IMG/VR virus record: IMGVR_UViG_2534681759_000006
Source: a virus
Taxonomy: Duplodnaviria > Heunggongvirae > Uroviricota > Caudoviricetes
Direction: 5' to 3' (one strand)
Length of the DNA stretch: 41,553 nucleotides
This document shows, in pieces, positions 16,393 through 27,001 of the stretch. The position numbers and the translations under genes were made by a program. The notes beneath the pieces were generated by a model that was given only the letters and a program-made list of their open reading frames with translations, did no database searches and was not told the origin of the DNA. The first letter of the stretch is position 1; every line of letters begins with the position of its first letter.

Positions 16393-17262
16393 ATGAATTT
16401 TATGCAAAACGTACAGCCGCTATCTCTGGTAACTACTTTAGTAATTTTGAGGTCTAATGGAGAGTCAAAGTCGTTAGGTACTGGGTTCTTTTATCAACAT
16501 AGCAATGGTTTCATTTTCCTTGCAACTAACTATCATGTAATAACTGGAATCAGCCCATCCGAAAGGGGTGTAAAGCCATTTATAGGCGATAGTATTGATA
16601 TTCAGCTGAGAGATAAAACCGGAAAACTATTCAAACATACGATGCCTCTGTTTAAAGATGGTTCACCGCTGTGGTTGGAGCACCCCACAGATAAAGAGGC
16701 AGACATTATCTTGATGCCTTTGCCTCAAGAGTTGTTTGTAAACACAGGAGTAAAAGTAGTCTCAAAAACAACGACACTGCCTAATGTCCAGATAAACCCC
16801 TCATCTCCTGTTGTAATGATTGGATATCCTCATGGTTATCATGACACGACTCACTACCTTCCAATATGGAAAACAGGAAGCTTAGCGAGTGAGCCAGATA
16901 TCGATTTCGATGGGAAGAAATTAATAGTTGTCGATATTTCTGCTTTCCCTGGAATGTCAGGCTCTCCGGCATTCTATGTCACGCACAGTGGTTATCTTAC
17001 AAAAGAAGGGAATATGATCATGGATATGGGAATGAAAATTCATTTCCTTGGCGTTTATGCAAGTATGCAAATGCTAAACAGTGATCTTTTCTTAGAACAA
17101 GTCGTTAGTGCTGCAGAATACAAAGTGTCGCATAGTGAATCTTTGCAACTAGGGCATGTCTGGAAAGCTGAGTTACTTGAAGAGATAGCTGCGACATCTA
17201 GTCCGATTGCAACCACACCATCTCAATTTCAAAGTAATAGCAAATTCTTATTTAAGTACTGA
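16393..17262 (+). CDS. trypsin-like (S1/chymotrypsin-fold) serine peptidase, AT-rich moron
   Basis: His region LATNYHVI, Ser region FPGMSGSPAF (GxSGSP); start chosen at internal Met (track ORF begins 16351). Confidence 0.6.
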   Translation: MNFMQNVQPLSLVTTLVILRSNGESKSLGTGFFYQHSNGFIFLATNYHVITGISPSERGVKPFIGDSIDIQLRDKTGKLFKHTMPLFKDGSPLWLEHPTDKEADIILMPLPQELFVNTGVKVVSKTTTLPNVQINPSSPVVMIGYPHGYHDTTHYLPIWKTGSLASEPDIDFDGKKLIVVDISAFPGMSGSPAFYVTHSGYLTKEGNMIMDMGMKIHFLGVYASMQMLNSDLFLEQVVSAAEYKVSHSESLQLGHVWKAELLEEIAATSSPIATTPSQFQSNSKFLFKY

Positions 17263-17337
17263 GATACGTCTACACATAAACCGCCTGTTGGAGGTTTTTA
17301 TGCATATCGTGCGAGCAGTATCAGAGAGAATATTTCA

Positions 17338-17688
17338 ATGCCACCACGAACACCAAAAGCCTGCCGTGTTCGCGGCTGCCGATCGACAACCACAGACCCG
17401 TCAGGTTATTGCAAGCAACACAAAGGCGAAGGCTGGAAGCAATACAAGCCAGGACAATCCCGTCATCAGCGCGGTTATGGTTCGAAGTGGGACGTTATCC
17501 GCGCGCGTGTGCTGAAGCGTGACAAAGGCCTGTGTCAGTTGTGTTTGCGTGCCGGTGTGGTGCGCGAGGCGAAAACCGTTGACCACATCATTCCTAAAGC
17601 GCATGGCGGCACTGATGCCGACCGTAATCTGCAGAGTCTGTGCTGGCCGTGTCATAAGGCGAAGACGGCCCGTGAACGGTTGAAGTGA
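17338..17688 (+). CDS. HNH endonuclease (packaging-associated)
   Basis: Cys pairs and DHIIPKAHGGTD...N...LC..CH HNH motif; immediately upstream of terminase small subunit. Confidence 0.8.
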   Translation: MPPRTPKACRVRGCRSTTTDPSGYCKQHKGEGWKQYKPGQSRHQRGYGSKWDVIRARVLKRDKGLCQLCLRAGVVREAKTVDHIIPKAHGGTDADRNLQSLCWPCHKAKTARERLK

Positions 17689-17714
17689 TAATAATTCTCA
17701 ACTGCTTGAGGGGA

Positions 17715-17775
17715 GGGGCGGGTCAAATCCCTGCGGCCTGACGTCTTCCGGACTGCCCGCCCCATCGTTTTTTTA
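17715..17775 (+). terminator. GC-rich hairpin (GGGGCGGG...CCCGCCCC) followed by T7 tract
   Basis: Read in sequence between HNH and terS. Confidence 0.45.
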
Positions 17776-17804
17776 TACCCGCGAAAAATGAAATTTAACC
17801 AGGA

Positions 17805-18308
17805 GTGCCGCATATGGCTGGAACGGCGGGGCGTTCCGGGCGTCGCCCCAAGCCAACGGCGCGCAAGGCGCTGGCCGGAAACCCCGGCAAGCGAGCCCTG
17901 AACAAAGATGAACCTGTTTTTACGCCCATCAAAGGTGTTGAGCCACCAGAGTGGTTCGCTGAAGAAGATCTCCCTCTCGCCACGATCATGTGGCAACTGA
18001 CAACCAAAGAACTCTGCGGTCAGGGCCTGCTGTGCGTGACTGACCTGGCGGTACTTGAGCGGTGGTGCGTGGCCTATGAGTTCTGGCGACGTGCCGTGAA
18101 AAATATTGCCATACAGGGCAACACCATCACCGGTGCAATGGGCGGCAGGGTCAAAAATCCGGAGCTGACCGCCAAAAAAGAACAGGAGTCCGAGATGAGC
18201 AGCACGGGGGCAATGCTCGGACTCGACCCCAGCAGCCGCCAGCGTCTGATTGGCCTGGCGGGGCAGAAGAAAGCCACTAACCCGTTTCTGAAAATTATCG
18301 AATCATGA
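17805..18308 (+). CDS. terminase small subunit (P27-family-like)
   Basis: Position upstream of large terminase with ATGA overlap; basic N-terminus. Confidence 0.65.
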   Translation: MPHMAGTAGRSGRRPKPTARKALAGNPGKRALNKDEPVFTPIKGVEPPEWFAEEDLPLATIMWQLTTKELCGQGLLCVTDLAVLERWCVAYEFWRRAVKNIAIQGNTITGAMGGRVKNPELTAKKEQESEMSSTGAMLGLDPSSRQRLIGLAGQKKATNPFLKIIES

Positions 18309-20038
18309 GCCGGAAATCTTACCCCAACGTAAATGCTGCAAATCAGTATGCCCGGGATGTCGTGCGCGGAAAGATTGTTGCCTGCCAGTTTGTGATTCAG
18401 GCCTGCCAGCGCCATCTTGATGACCTGATGGCGGAAAAAAGTAAGTCGTTTCGTTACCGCTTCGACAAGGACCTGGCTGAACGGGCCGCGAAATTTATTC
18501 AGCTGTTGCCGCACACCAAGGGGGAGTGGGCATTCAAACGGATGCCCATCACGCTGGAGCCGTGGCAGCTATTTGTGATCTGCTGTGCGTTTGGCTGGGT
18601 CAATAAAGGCACCCGGTTGCGCCGCTTCCGGGAGGTGTACACCGAAATCCCCCGTAAGAACGGCAAATCAGCAATCTCTGCCGGTGTTGCCCTGTATTGT
18701 TTTGCCTGTGATAACGAGTTTGGCGCGGAAGTGTATTCCGGTGCCACGACAGAGAAACAGGCGTGGGAAGTCTTTCGCCCGGCGCGACTGATGTGTAAAC
18801 GCACACCCATGCTGACGGAAGCGTTCGGGATTGAGGTTAACGCCTCAAACATGAACCGTCCGGAGGATGGCGCGCGGTTTGAACCGCTGATCGGCAACCC
18901 AGGTGATGGTTCATCACCCCACTGTGCCGTGGTTGATGAATATCACGAGCATGCCACCGATGCGCTTTATACCACAATGCTTACCGGGATGGGGGCGCGA
19001 CGTCAGCCACTGATGTGGGCCATTACTACTGCCGGGTACAACATTGAGGGGCCGTGCTACGACAAACGGCGGGAAGTTATCGAGATGCTCAACGGTTCGG
19101 TACCCAACGATGAACTGTTCGGGATCATCTATACCGTTGACGAAGGTGACGACTGGACCAACCCACAGGTGCTGGAAAAAGCCAACCCGAATATCGGGGT
19201 GTCGGTTTACCGTGAGTTTTTGTTAAGTCAGCAACAGCGTGCGAAAAATAACGCCCGTCTGGCAAACGTCTTTAAAACAAAACACCTCAATATCTGGGTG
19301 TCGGCGCGTTCGGCGTATTTCAACCTGGTGAGCTGGCAGAGCTGCGAGGATAAATCACTGACTCTTGAGCAATTCGAGGGGCAGCCGTGCATTCTGGCCT
19401 TTGACCTGGCGCGTAAACTGGATATGAACAGCATGGCGCGACTTTATACCCGCGAGATTGACGGTAAAACGCATTACTACAGTGTGGCCCCGCGTTTCTG
19501 GGTACCGTATGACACGGTGTACAGCGTCGAGAAAAATGAAGATCGCCGGACAGCCGAACGCTTTCAGAAATGGGTGGAAATGGGCGTCCTGACCGTTACC
19601 GATGGTGCAGAGGTGGATTATCGCTACATCCTCGAAGAGGCCAAAGCGGCGAACAAAATCAGCCCGGTCAGCGAGTCACCCATCGACCCCTTCGGGGCGA
19701 CCGGGCTGTCACATGACCTTGCTGATGAAGACCTGAATCCCGTCACTATCTTCCAGAACTTCACCAATATGTCCGATCCGATGAAAGAGCTGGAAGCAGC
19801 GATTGAATCGGGACGTTTTCATCATGACGGCAATCCCATCATGACCTGGTGTATCGGCAACGTGGTCGGCAAAAACATGCCGGGTAACGATGATGTGGTG
19901 AAACCCGTCAAAGAGCAGGCGGAAAACAAAATTGACGGTGCAGTTGCGCTGATTATGGCGGTTGGAAGAGCCATGCTGTACGAGAAAGAAGACACGCTGT
20001 CTGATCACATTGAGTCCTACGGGATCCGCTCGCTTTAA
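18305..20038 (+). CDS. terminase large subunit (577 aa)
   Basis: Size, position and ATPase/nuclease-type organisation; precedes portal. Confidence 0.85.
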   Translation: MSRKSYPNVNAANQYARDVVRGKIVACQFVIQACQRHLDDLMAEKSKSFRYRFDKDLAERAAKFIQLLPHTKGEWAFKRMPITLEPWQLFVICCAFGWVNKGTRLRRFREVYTEIPRKNGKSAISAGVALYCFACDNEFGAEVYSGATTEKQAWEVFRPARLMCKRTPMLTEAFGIEVNASNMNRPEDGARFEPLIGNPGDGSSPHCAVVDEYHEHATDALYTTMLTGMGARRQPLMWAITTAGYNIEGPCYDKRREVIEMLNGSVPNDELFGIIYTVDEGDDWTNPQVLEKANPNIGVSVYREFLLSQQQRAKNNARLANVFKTKHLNIWVSARSAYFNLVSWQSCEDKSLTLEQFEGQPCILAFDLARKLDMNSMARLYTREIDGKTHYYSVAPRFWVPYDTVYSVEKNEDRRTAERFQKWVEMGVLTVTDGAEVDYRYILEEAKAANKISPVSESPIDPFGATGLSHDLADEDLNPVTIFQNFTNMSDPMKELEAAIESGRFHHDGNPIMTWCIGNVVGKNMPGNDDVVKPVKEQAENKIDGAVALIMAVGRAMLYEKEDTLSDHIESYGIRSL

Positions 20039-20049
20039 CTGAGGTAATT

Positions 20050-20232
20050 ATGATCATGCTGATTCTCGCGCCTCTGGTGGGCGTGCTGGGGGTGCTTTTG
20101 CTGGCGTATGGTGCCTGGCTGATTTATCCCCCTGCGGGGTTTGTTGTTGCCGGGGCGTTGTGCCTGTTCTGGTCGTGGCTGGTGGCGCGATATCTCGACC
20201 GTACACAGATGTCTGTTGGTGGAGGTAAATAG
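20050..20232 (+). CDS. small hydrophobic protein (60 aa)
   Basis: Two hydrophobic segments; between terminase and portal. Confidence 0.4.
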   Translation: MIMLILAPLVGVLGVLLLAYGAWLIYPPAGFVVAGALCLFWSWLVARYLDRTQMSVGGGK

Positions 20233-21473
20233 TGTTCTTTTCGGGATTATTTCAACGAAAAAGTGACGCACCGGTGACCACGCCAGCAGAGCTGGCGGAT
20301 GCTATCGGGCTGTCATACGACACCTATACCGGAAAGCAGATCAGCAGCCAGAGGGCCATGCGACTGACGGCGGTTTTTTCCTGCGTCAGGGTGCTGGCGG
20401 AGTCGGTCGGGATGTTGCCCTGCAACCTGTATCACCTGAACGGCAGCCTGAAGCAGAGAGCCACTGGCGAACGTCTGCATAAGCTGATCTCCACGCATCC
20501 CAATGGCTATATGACGCCGCAGGAGTTCTGGGAGCTGGTGGTCACCTGTCTGTGCCTGCGGGGAAACTTTTACGCCTACAAAGTGAAAGCATTTGGCGAA
20601 GTGGCTGAACTGCTGCCCGTCGATCCCGGCTGTGTGGTACCGAAGCTTAACAGTAGCTGGGAGCCGATCTATCAGGTCACATTCCCGGATGGCTCCACGG
20701 ATGTACTGAGCCAGGAGGATATCTGGCATGTGCGTACGCTGACGCTGGACGGACTGGTGGGGCTGAATCCCATCGCCTATGCCCGCGAGGCAATATCGCT
20801 GGCAGCTGCGACCGAAGAGCACGGGGCCAGACTGTTCAGCAATGGCGCGGTGACGTCGGGTGTGTTGCGTACAGAGCAGACGCTGTCAGATCAGGCTTAT
20901 GAGCGCCTGAAGAAAGATTTTGAGGAGCGTCACACCGGGCTTGGCAATGCTCACCGCCCGATGATCCTTGAGATGGGGCTGGACTGGAAGTCGATGGCGC
21001 TGAACGCCGAGGACAGCCAGTTCCTGGAAACCCGCAAGTTTCAGCTTGAAGAAATCTGTCGTCTGTTCCGTGTGCCATTGCACATGGTGCAGAACACCGA
21101 TCGTGCCACCTTCAACAATATCGAAGAACTGGGGCTGGGATTTATCAACTATTCACTGGTGCCGTATCTGACCCGCATTGAGCAGCGGATCAACACCGGA
21201 CTGGTACGAAAAAGTAAGCAGGGCGTTTATTACGCCAAATTTAACGCCGGGGCGTTACTGCGCGGGGATATGAAGTCCCGTTTTGAAGCCTACGCCACCG
21301 GGATTAACTGGGGAATTTACTCTCCCAATGACTGCCGCGACCTGGAAGATATGAATCCGCGTCCCGGTGGGGATGTCTATCTCACACCGATGAACATGAC
21401 CACGAAACCCTCCGATGGCAGTAAAGCCGGTAAGCAGAAGGATAACGCCAATGCAGACGAAACAACGTCTTGA
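20232..21473 (+). CDS. portal protein (HK97 family), GTG start
   Basis: GGAGGT SD then GTG; size and position after terminase. Confidence 0.8.
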   Translation: MFFSGLFQRKSDAPVTTPAELADAIGLSYDTYTGKQISSQRAMRLTAVFSCVRVLAESVGMLPCNLYHLNGSLKQRATGERLHKLISTHPNGYMTPQEFWELVVTCLCLRGNFYAYKVKAFGEVAELLPVDPGCVVPKLNSSWEPIYQVTFPDGSTDVLSQEDIWHVRTLTLDGLVGLNPIAYAREAISLAAATEEHGARLFSNGAVTSGVLRTEQTLSDQAYERLKKDFEERHTGLGNAHRPMILEMGLDWKSMALNAEDSQFLETRKFQLEEICRLFRVPLHMVQNTDRATFNNIEELGLGFINYSLVPYLTRIEQRINTGLVRKSKQGVYYAKFNAGALLRGDMKSRFEAYATGINWGIYSPNDCRDLEDMNPRPGGDVYLTPMNMTTKPSDGSKAGKQKDNANADETTS

Positions 21474-22101
21474 TGTACCGCTGAGTCTGAAATCTGTCAG
21501 TGACTCCGGTGAGTTTGAAGGGTATGGCTCCGTCTTTGGTGTAAAGGACAGCCACGATGATGTGGTGATGTCCGGGGCATTTGCTGCTTCCCTGCGGGCG
21601 TGGAGTGACAGAAAAGCGTTACCTGCGCTGCTCTGGCAGCACCGCATGGATGAACCCATCGGTGTTTACACTGAAATGAAGGAAGACGATGTCGGACTTT
21701 ACGTCAGGGGACGGTTGCTTATTGATGATGATCCCCTCGCAAAACGCGCACATGCACACATGAAGGCCGGTTCGTTAACCGGCCTTTCTATTGGGTACGT
21801 CCTGAAAGACTGGGAATACGACCGGAGCAAAGAAGCCTTTCTGTTGAAAGAAATCGACCTCTGGGAAGTCAGTCTGGTGACGTTTCCGTCTAACGACGAG
21901 GCGCGGATCAGCGACGTCAAGAACGCGCTGGCCCGCGGGGAAATCCCCGAACAGAAAAAAATCGAAAGAGTCCTGCGTGATGTCGGACTCTCCCGTACCC
22001 AGGCCAAAGCATTCATGGCCGGGGGCTATGGCGCACTGTCCCTGCGCGACGCTGAGGATGTGGGCTCTGCACTGAATGCACTGAAAAATCTGAACTTCTA
22101 A
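21451..22101 (+). CDS. prohead protease (HK97/S78 family)
   Basis: Position between portal and capsid; start taken at internal Met. Confidence 0.7.
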   Translation: MQTKQRLDVPLSLKSVSDSGEFEGYGSVFGVKDSHDDVVMSGAFAASLRAWSDRKALPALLWQHRMDEPIGVYTEMKEDDVGLYVRGRLLIDDDPLAKRAHAHMKAGSLTGLSIGYVLKDWEYDRSKEAFLLKEIDLWEVSLVTFPSNDEARISDVKNALARGEIPEQKKIERVLRDVGLSRTQAKAFMAGGYGALSLRDAEDVGSALNALKNLNF

Positions 22102-22115
22102 TCAGGAGAAATACG

Positions 22116-23321
22116 ATGGCGATTGATATTAAAGATGTGGAACAGGTCGCGCAGGAGCTGCAGCAGAAGTTTGACGACTTCAAGGCAAAGAACGACAAGC
22201 GCGTGGATGCGATTGAGCAGGAAAAAGGCAAACTTGCCGGGCAGGTGGAAACCCTGAACGGGAAACTCAGCGAGCTGGAAAATCTCAAAAGCGACCTTGA
22301 AAAAGAGCTGCTTGAGCTGAAACGTCCGGCTGGTGGAGCGCAAAATAAACTGGCCACCGAGCATAAAGAGGCGTTTGTGGGCTTCCTGCGTAAAGGCCGT
22401 GAAGACGGTCTGCGCGATCTGGAGCGTAAGGCATTGCAGGTGGGTACCGATGAAGACGGTGGCTACGCCGTGCCGGAAGAACTGGATCGCAACATTCTTA
22501 ACCTGCTGAAAGATGAAGTGGTGATGCGTCAGGAAGCCACGGTGATCACCGTTGGCGGTTCCGACTACAAAAAACTGGTGAATCTGGGCGGTACGGCTTC
22601 CGGATGGGTGGGGGAAACGGATACGCGATCCCAGACTGCCACCTCCAGACTGGAGCTGATTGAACCTCTCATGGGGGAAATTTACGGCAACCCGCAGGCT
22701 ACCCAGAAAATGCTGGACGATGCCTTCTTCAACGTGGAGGCCTGGATCAACAGCGAGCTGGCAACCGAATTTGCCGATCAGGAAGAAATTGCCTTTACCT
22801 CAGGCGATGGCACCAAGAAGCCGAAAGGGTTCCTGGCGTATGAATCCACTGATGAAACCGACAAGGTCCGGGCGTTCGGCAAACTTCAGCATATTGTATC
22901 CGGCGAAGCGACCGCGGTGACCGCAGACGCCATTATCAAACTGATTTACACGCTGCGTAAGGCACACCGCACTGGCGCGAAGTTCATGATGAACAACAAC
23001 AGCCTGTTTGCCATCCGTCTGCTGAAAGACACCGAGGGTAACTATCTGTGGCGTCCGGGGCTGGAACTGGGGCAGCCGTCCTCTCTGGCGGGTTACGGTA
23101 TCGCTGAAAACGAACAGATGCCGGATATCGCCGCTGATGCGAAAGCCATTGCATTTGGTAACTTCAAACGGGGTTACACCATCGTTGACCGTATCGGCAC
23201 CCGCATTCTGCGTGACCCGTACACCAATAAACCGTTTGTCGGTTTTTATACCACCAAGCGCACCGGCGGGATGCTGGTCGATTCGCAGGCCATCAAACTG
23301 CTGAAGATTGCAGCGGCGTAA
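22116..23321 (+). CDS. major capsid protein (HK97 fold, 401 aa)
   Basis: Coiled N-terminal delta-like region then capsid body; size and position. Confidence 0.85.
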   Translation: MAIDIKDVEQVAQELQQKFDDFKAKNDKRVDAIEQEKGKLAGQVETLNGKLSELENLKSDLEKELLELKRPAGGAQNKLATEHKEAFVGFLRKGREDGLRDLERKALQVGTDEDGGYAVPEELDRNILNLLKDEVVMRQEATVITVGGSDYKKLVNLGGTASGWVGETDTRSQTATSRLELIEPLMGEIYGNPQATQKMLDDAFFNVEAWINSELATEFADQEEIAFTSGDGTKKPKGFLAYESTDETDKVRAFGKLQHIVSGEATAVTADAIIKLIYTLRKAHRTGAKFMMNNNSLFAIRLLKDTEGNYLWRPGLELGQPSSLAGYGIAENEQMPDIAADAKAIAFGNFKRGYTIVDRIGTRILRDPYTNKPFVGFYTTKRTGGMLVDSQAIKLLKIAAA

Positions 23322-23370
23322 TCACTCAGGGGCGTGGAACCGCGCCCCCTGTTCTGACGGGTGAAGAATC

Positions 23371-23571
23371 ATGATCCTGAAACAAGATCTGAAATGGTCA
23401 CCGGACGGTATGCGTGTTGAGGTCATTCGGGCCGGTGAGTATGACGACGGGACGCTTCCTGCCCGGGTGCAGGAGATTGCACTTCAGGCCGGGTTAGCAG
23501 AGCGCGGAACCAGTGCAAAAAGCAGTAAAGCGACAAAAGAGAAAAAAGCCACGACCAGTAAAGAGGGCTGA
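23371..23571 (+). CDS. small hypothetical head-region protein (66 aa)
   Basis: ORF with SD after a hairpin following the capsid gene. Confidence 0.4.
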   Translation: MILKQDLKWSPDGMRVEVIRAGEYDDGTLPARVQEIALQAGLAERGTSAKSSKATKEKKATTSKEG

Positions 23572-23573
23572 GT

Positions 23574-23897
23574 ATGCTTCTGACAATGGAAGAGATTAAA
23601 GCCCAACTCCGGCTGGATGAGGATTTCGATGCTGATGACCGCCATCTGCAACTGCTGGCCTGTGCGGCGCAAAAGCGGACGGAAACGTATCTGAACCGGA
23701 AGCTCTATGCTCCGGATGAAACCATTCCGGACAGCGATCCGGACGGGCTGCACCTGCCGGATGATATTCGTCTGGGGATGCTGATGCTTATCAGCCATTT
23801 TTACGAAAACCGCTCGTCGGTTACGGAAGTGGAGAAACTCGACATGCCGCAGAGTTTTGGCTGGCTTGTCGGCCCGTACAGGTACTTTCCGCAATGA
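23574..23897 (+). CDS. head-tail connector (gp6-like)
   Basis: N-terminal MLLTMEEIKAQLRLDEDFDADD pattern typical of gp6-like connectors. Confidence 0.65.
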   Translation: MLLTMEEIKAQLRLDEDFDADDRHLQLLACAAQKRTETYLNRKLYAPDETIPDSDPDGLHLPDDIRLGMLMLISHFYENRSSVTEVEKLDMPQSFGWLVGPYRYFPQ

Positions 23898-24304
23898 AAA
23901 TTCGTCAGGCGCAGACCAGCGCAACCTACATTCTGCCGGACCCCGGCGAACTGAATAAACGCGTCCTGATTCGCCAGCGGGTGGATATGCCCGCGGATAA
24001 CTTTGGCGTGGAGCCTCAATACCCGGTTACGTTCCGGACATGGGCGAAGGTTATCCAGACCAGTGCCACCACCTGGCAGGAAACCGCGCAGACCGGGGAC
24101 GCCATCACCCATTACATCACCATTCGTTACCGCCGGGGGATCACCGCTGATTATGAGGTGGTCTGCGGTGACAGTGTGTACCGGGTGAAACGTCAGCGCG
24201 ATCTGAACGGGGCGCGGCGCTTTCTGCTGCTGGAGTGTACGGAGCTGGGCGAATGTAGGCAGAGTCACGGAGGCAACAATGACGACTTCCTTTTTGCACG
24301 TTGA
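23894..24304 (+). CDS. head-tail adaptor / head closure protein
   Basis: Position and size; overlapping start. Confidence 0.55.
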   Translation: MKIRQAQTSATYILPDPGELNKRVLIRQRVDMPADNFGVEPQYPVTFRTWAKVIQTSATTWQETAQTGDAITHYITIRYRRGITADYEVVCGDSVYRVKRQRDLNGARRFLLLECTELGECRQSHGGNNDDFLFAR

Positions 24305-24785
24305 TTTTCAGCAGCCCGCGGAGATGCGCTTTAACCGCGCCCGTGTCAGGCGGGCGTTTGTCACGATTGGTCAGCGTCATATGCGTGATGCCCGTCGGCT
24401 GGTGATGCGCCGTGCGCGGTCGGCACCGGGTGAAAACCCCGGTTATCAGACCGGACGCCTGGCTCGTTCGATTGGTTACATGGTACCCAGAGCCAGTAAA
24501 CATCGCCCTGGTTTTATGGCACGTATAGCCCCTAACCAGCGTAATGGAGAGGGAAACCGCCGTATCACCGGTGATTTTTATCCGGCTTTTCTGTTCTATG
24601 GCGTGAGGCGAGGGGCAAAGCGTCGTCGCAGCCATCATCGTGGTGCATCCGGTGGCAGCGGCTGGCGACTGGCTCCACGTAATAACTTTATGGTGGAAAC
24701 TCTTGAAAAGAACCGCAGCTGGACACGCTATTTTCTGGCGCGGGAATTGCGTAAATCACTGAAGCCGGAGCGACGACACAGATGA
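24279..24785 (+). CDS. virion neck/tail-completion protein (HK97 gp10-like)
   Basis: Position; basic composition. Confidence 0.45.
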   Translation: MTTSFLHVDFQQPAEMRFNRARVRRAFVTIGQRHMRDARRLVMRRARSAPGENPGYQTGRLARSIGYMVPRASKHRPGFMARIAPNQRNGEGNRRITGDFYPAFLFYGVRRGAKRRRSHHRGASGGSGWRLAPRNNFMVETLEKNRSWTRYFLARELRKSLKPERRHR

Positions 24786-25342
24786 AACTGACGCCTGTTA
24801 TTGCTGCGCTGCGTGCCCGCTGCCCGTATTTTGAAAACCGGGTGGCAGGCGCGGCACAGTTCAAAAATCTGCCGGAGGTCGGAAAGCTGAGACTCCCGGC
24901 GGCGTATGTGGTACCGGGTGATGACTCTCCGGGAGAAAACAAAAGCCAGACCGACTACTGGCAGGAGCTGAAAGAGGGCTTCTCCGTGGTTGTCATACTG
25001 AGTAACGGGCGTGATGAGCGCGGTCAGTTTGCCTCGTATGATGTGGTGGACGATGTCCGGCAGATGCTCTTTAAGGCCCTGCTGGGCTGGAACCCGGAAG
25101 CGTGCGGTAACCCGATTACCTATGACGGCGGCACGCTGCTGGATCTGAATCGTCATGAGCTGATTTATCAGTTCGATTTTTCGGTCATCAGCGAGCTGAC
25201 TGAAGACGATACCCGCCAGCAGGATGATCTGAACAGTCTGGATGAACTGCAAACGCTGGCGATTGATGTTGATTATCTCGAGCCCGGTAACGGGCCTGAC
25301 GGCGATATCGAACATCACACCGAAATAACCCTTCCTTCCTGA
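24782..25342 (+). CDS. hypothetical virion protein (186 aa)
   Basis: Operon position before tail sheath. Confidence 0.45.
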   Translation: MKLTPVIAALRARCPYFENRVAGAAQFKNLPEVGKLRLPAAYVVPGDDSPGENKSQTDYWQELKEGFSVVVILSNGRDERGQFASYDVVDDVRQMLFKALLGWNPEACGNPITYDGGTLLDLNRHELIYQFDFSVISELTEDDTRQQDDLNSLDELQTLAIDVDYLEPGNGPDGDIEHHTEITLPS

Positions 25343-25350
25343 GGATCCTC

Positions 25351-25518
25351 ATGTTTGTCAAACCTGTTAAAGGGCGGTCAGTTCCTGACCCTGCCCGCGG
25401 CGACCTTTTGCCCGCCGAAGGGCGAAATGTTGACGAGAACAACTACTGGCTGCGCCGTGAAGCAGCGGGTGATATCCGGCGCGTGAATAAAAAGGTGAAC
25501 ACCGATGACGATAAGCTT
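25351..25518 (+). CDS. small protein (55 aa, MFVKPVKGRSVPDPARGDLL...) preceding the tail sheath gene
   Basis: ORF below the track's size cutoff; stop overlaps the sheath start. Confidence 0.4.
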
Positions 25519-27001
25519 TAACACCATTCCGTCGAATACGCTGGTTCCGCTGTTTTATGCGGAAATGGATAACCAGGCGGCGAATACTGCACAGGACAGC
25601 GGAGCATCGCTGCTGATTGGTCATGCCAATAACGGTGCAGAGATTGTTGCCAACAGTCTGGTGCTGATGCCATCGGCAGACTATGCACGCCAGATTTGTG
25701 GTGCGGGAAGTCAGCTGGCGCGTATGGTCGAGGCTTATCGCCAGACCGACCCGTTTGGTGAACTGTATGTGATTGCCGTTCCTGAATCCACGGGCGCGGC
25801 GGCAACAGTTACGCTGACGGTGACCGGCGCGGCAACCGAAACCGGCACGGTGAATGTTTATGTGGGACGTACCCGCGTGCAGGCTCCGGTGACCAACGGC
25901 GATAACGTCGTGACGATTGCCAGCAGTATCCAGGATGCCATCAATGCCGTTCCGACCCTGCCGTTTACTGCCTCATCTTTGGCAGGCGTGGTCACACTGA
26001 CCGCGCGTCATAAGGGGCTTTGCGGGAATGAAATTCCTGTCAGCCTCAATTACTACGGCTTTGGTGGGGGCGAAGTGCTGCCAGCGGGCGTACAGATTGC
26101 CGTGGCGACGGGTACCGCCGGAACGGGCGCTCCTGTTCTCACCGGCGCGGTGGCTGCAATGGCGGATGAGCCATTTGATTATATCGGCCTGCCGTTCAAC
26201 GACACGGCCTCCGTTAACACGCTGGTGACCGAGATGAACGATACCAGCGGTCGCTGGAGCTATGGGCGTCAGCTGTATGGTCATGTGTATACGGCAAAGA
26301 TCGGCACGCTGTCAGAACTGGTGACCGCAGGTGACCAGTTTAACCAGCAGCACATTACCCTGGCGGGATACGAAAAAGAGACCCAGACGCCTGCCGACGA
26401 GCTGGCGGCAAGCCGTACCGCCCGCGCAGCGGTGTTTATTCGCAACGATCCGGCACGTCCCACGCAGACCGGTGAGCTGGTGGGTATGCTGCCTGCGCCG
26501 AAGGGGAAACGGTTCACGATGACCGAACAACAGACCCTGCTGTCTCATGGAGTGGCAACGGCGTATGTCGAAAGCGGGGTACTGCGCATTCAGCGTGATG
26601 TCACCACGTACAGGAAAAACGCTTACGGGGTTGCGGATAACAGCTACCTCGACAGCGAGACGCTGCATACCAGCGCGTATGTACTGCGCAAACTGAAATC
26701 CGTCATTACCAGTAAGTACGGGCGTCACAAGCTTGCCAGTGACGGTACCCGCTTTGGTCCCGGTCAGGCGATTGTCACCCCGGCGGTGATCAAAGGGGAA
26801 CTGCTGGCAACCTACCGTCAGCTTGAGCGAGCGGGGATCGTGGAAAACTACGAACTGTTTAAGCAGTACCTGGTTGTGGAGCGTGATGCCAGCGATCCGA
26901 ACCGCCTGAACACGCTGTTCCCGCCTGACTATGTTAACCAGTTGCGTGTCTTTGCCGTGGTTAACCAGTTCCGTCTTCAGTATTCAGAGGAGTCTGCATA
27001 A
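25505..27001 (+). CDS. contractile tail sheath protein (Mu gpL-like, 498 aa)
   Basis: Size and position; followed by tube, chaperone and tape measure in Mu-like order. Confidence 0.8.
   Translation: MTISFNTIPSNTLVPLFYAEMDNQAANTAQDSGASLLIGHANNGAEIVANSLVLMPSADYARQICGAGSQLARMVEAYRQTDPFGELYVIAVPESTGAAATVTLTVTGAATETGTVNVYVGRTRVQAPVTNGDNVVTIASSIQDAINAVPTLPFTASSLAGVVTLTARHKGLCGNEIPVSLNYYGFGGGEVLPAGVQIAVATGTAGTGAPVLTGAVAAMADEPFDYIGLPFNDTASVNTLVTEMNDTSGRWSYGRQLYGHVYTAKIGTLSELVTAGDQFNQQHITLAGYEKETQTPADELAASRTARAAVFIRNDPARPTQTGELVGMLPAPKGKRFTMTEQQTLLSHGVATAYVESGVLRIQRDVTTYRKNAYGVADNSYLDSETLHTSAYVLRKLKSVITSKYGRHKLASDGTRFGPGQAIVTPAVIKGELLATYRQLERAGIVENYELFKQYLVVERDASDPNRLNTLFPPDYVNQLRVFAVVNQFRLQYSEESA

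Noticed and set aside
20313-21083. Minus-strand ORFs inside the portal gene and other antisense ORFs within terminase, capsid and tail genes
   Set aside because: They are embedded in long, operonically organised structural genes on the + strand, lack SDs and have skewed composition; treated as ORF-caller artefacts.
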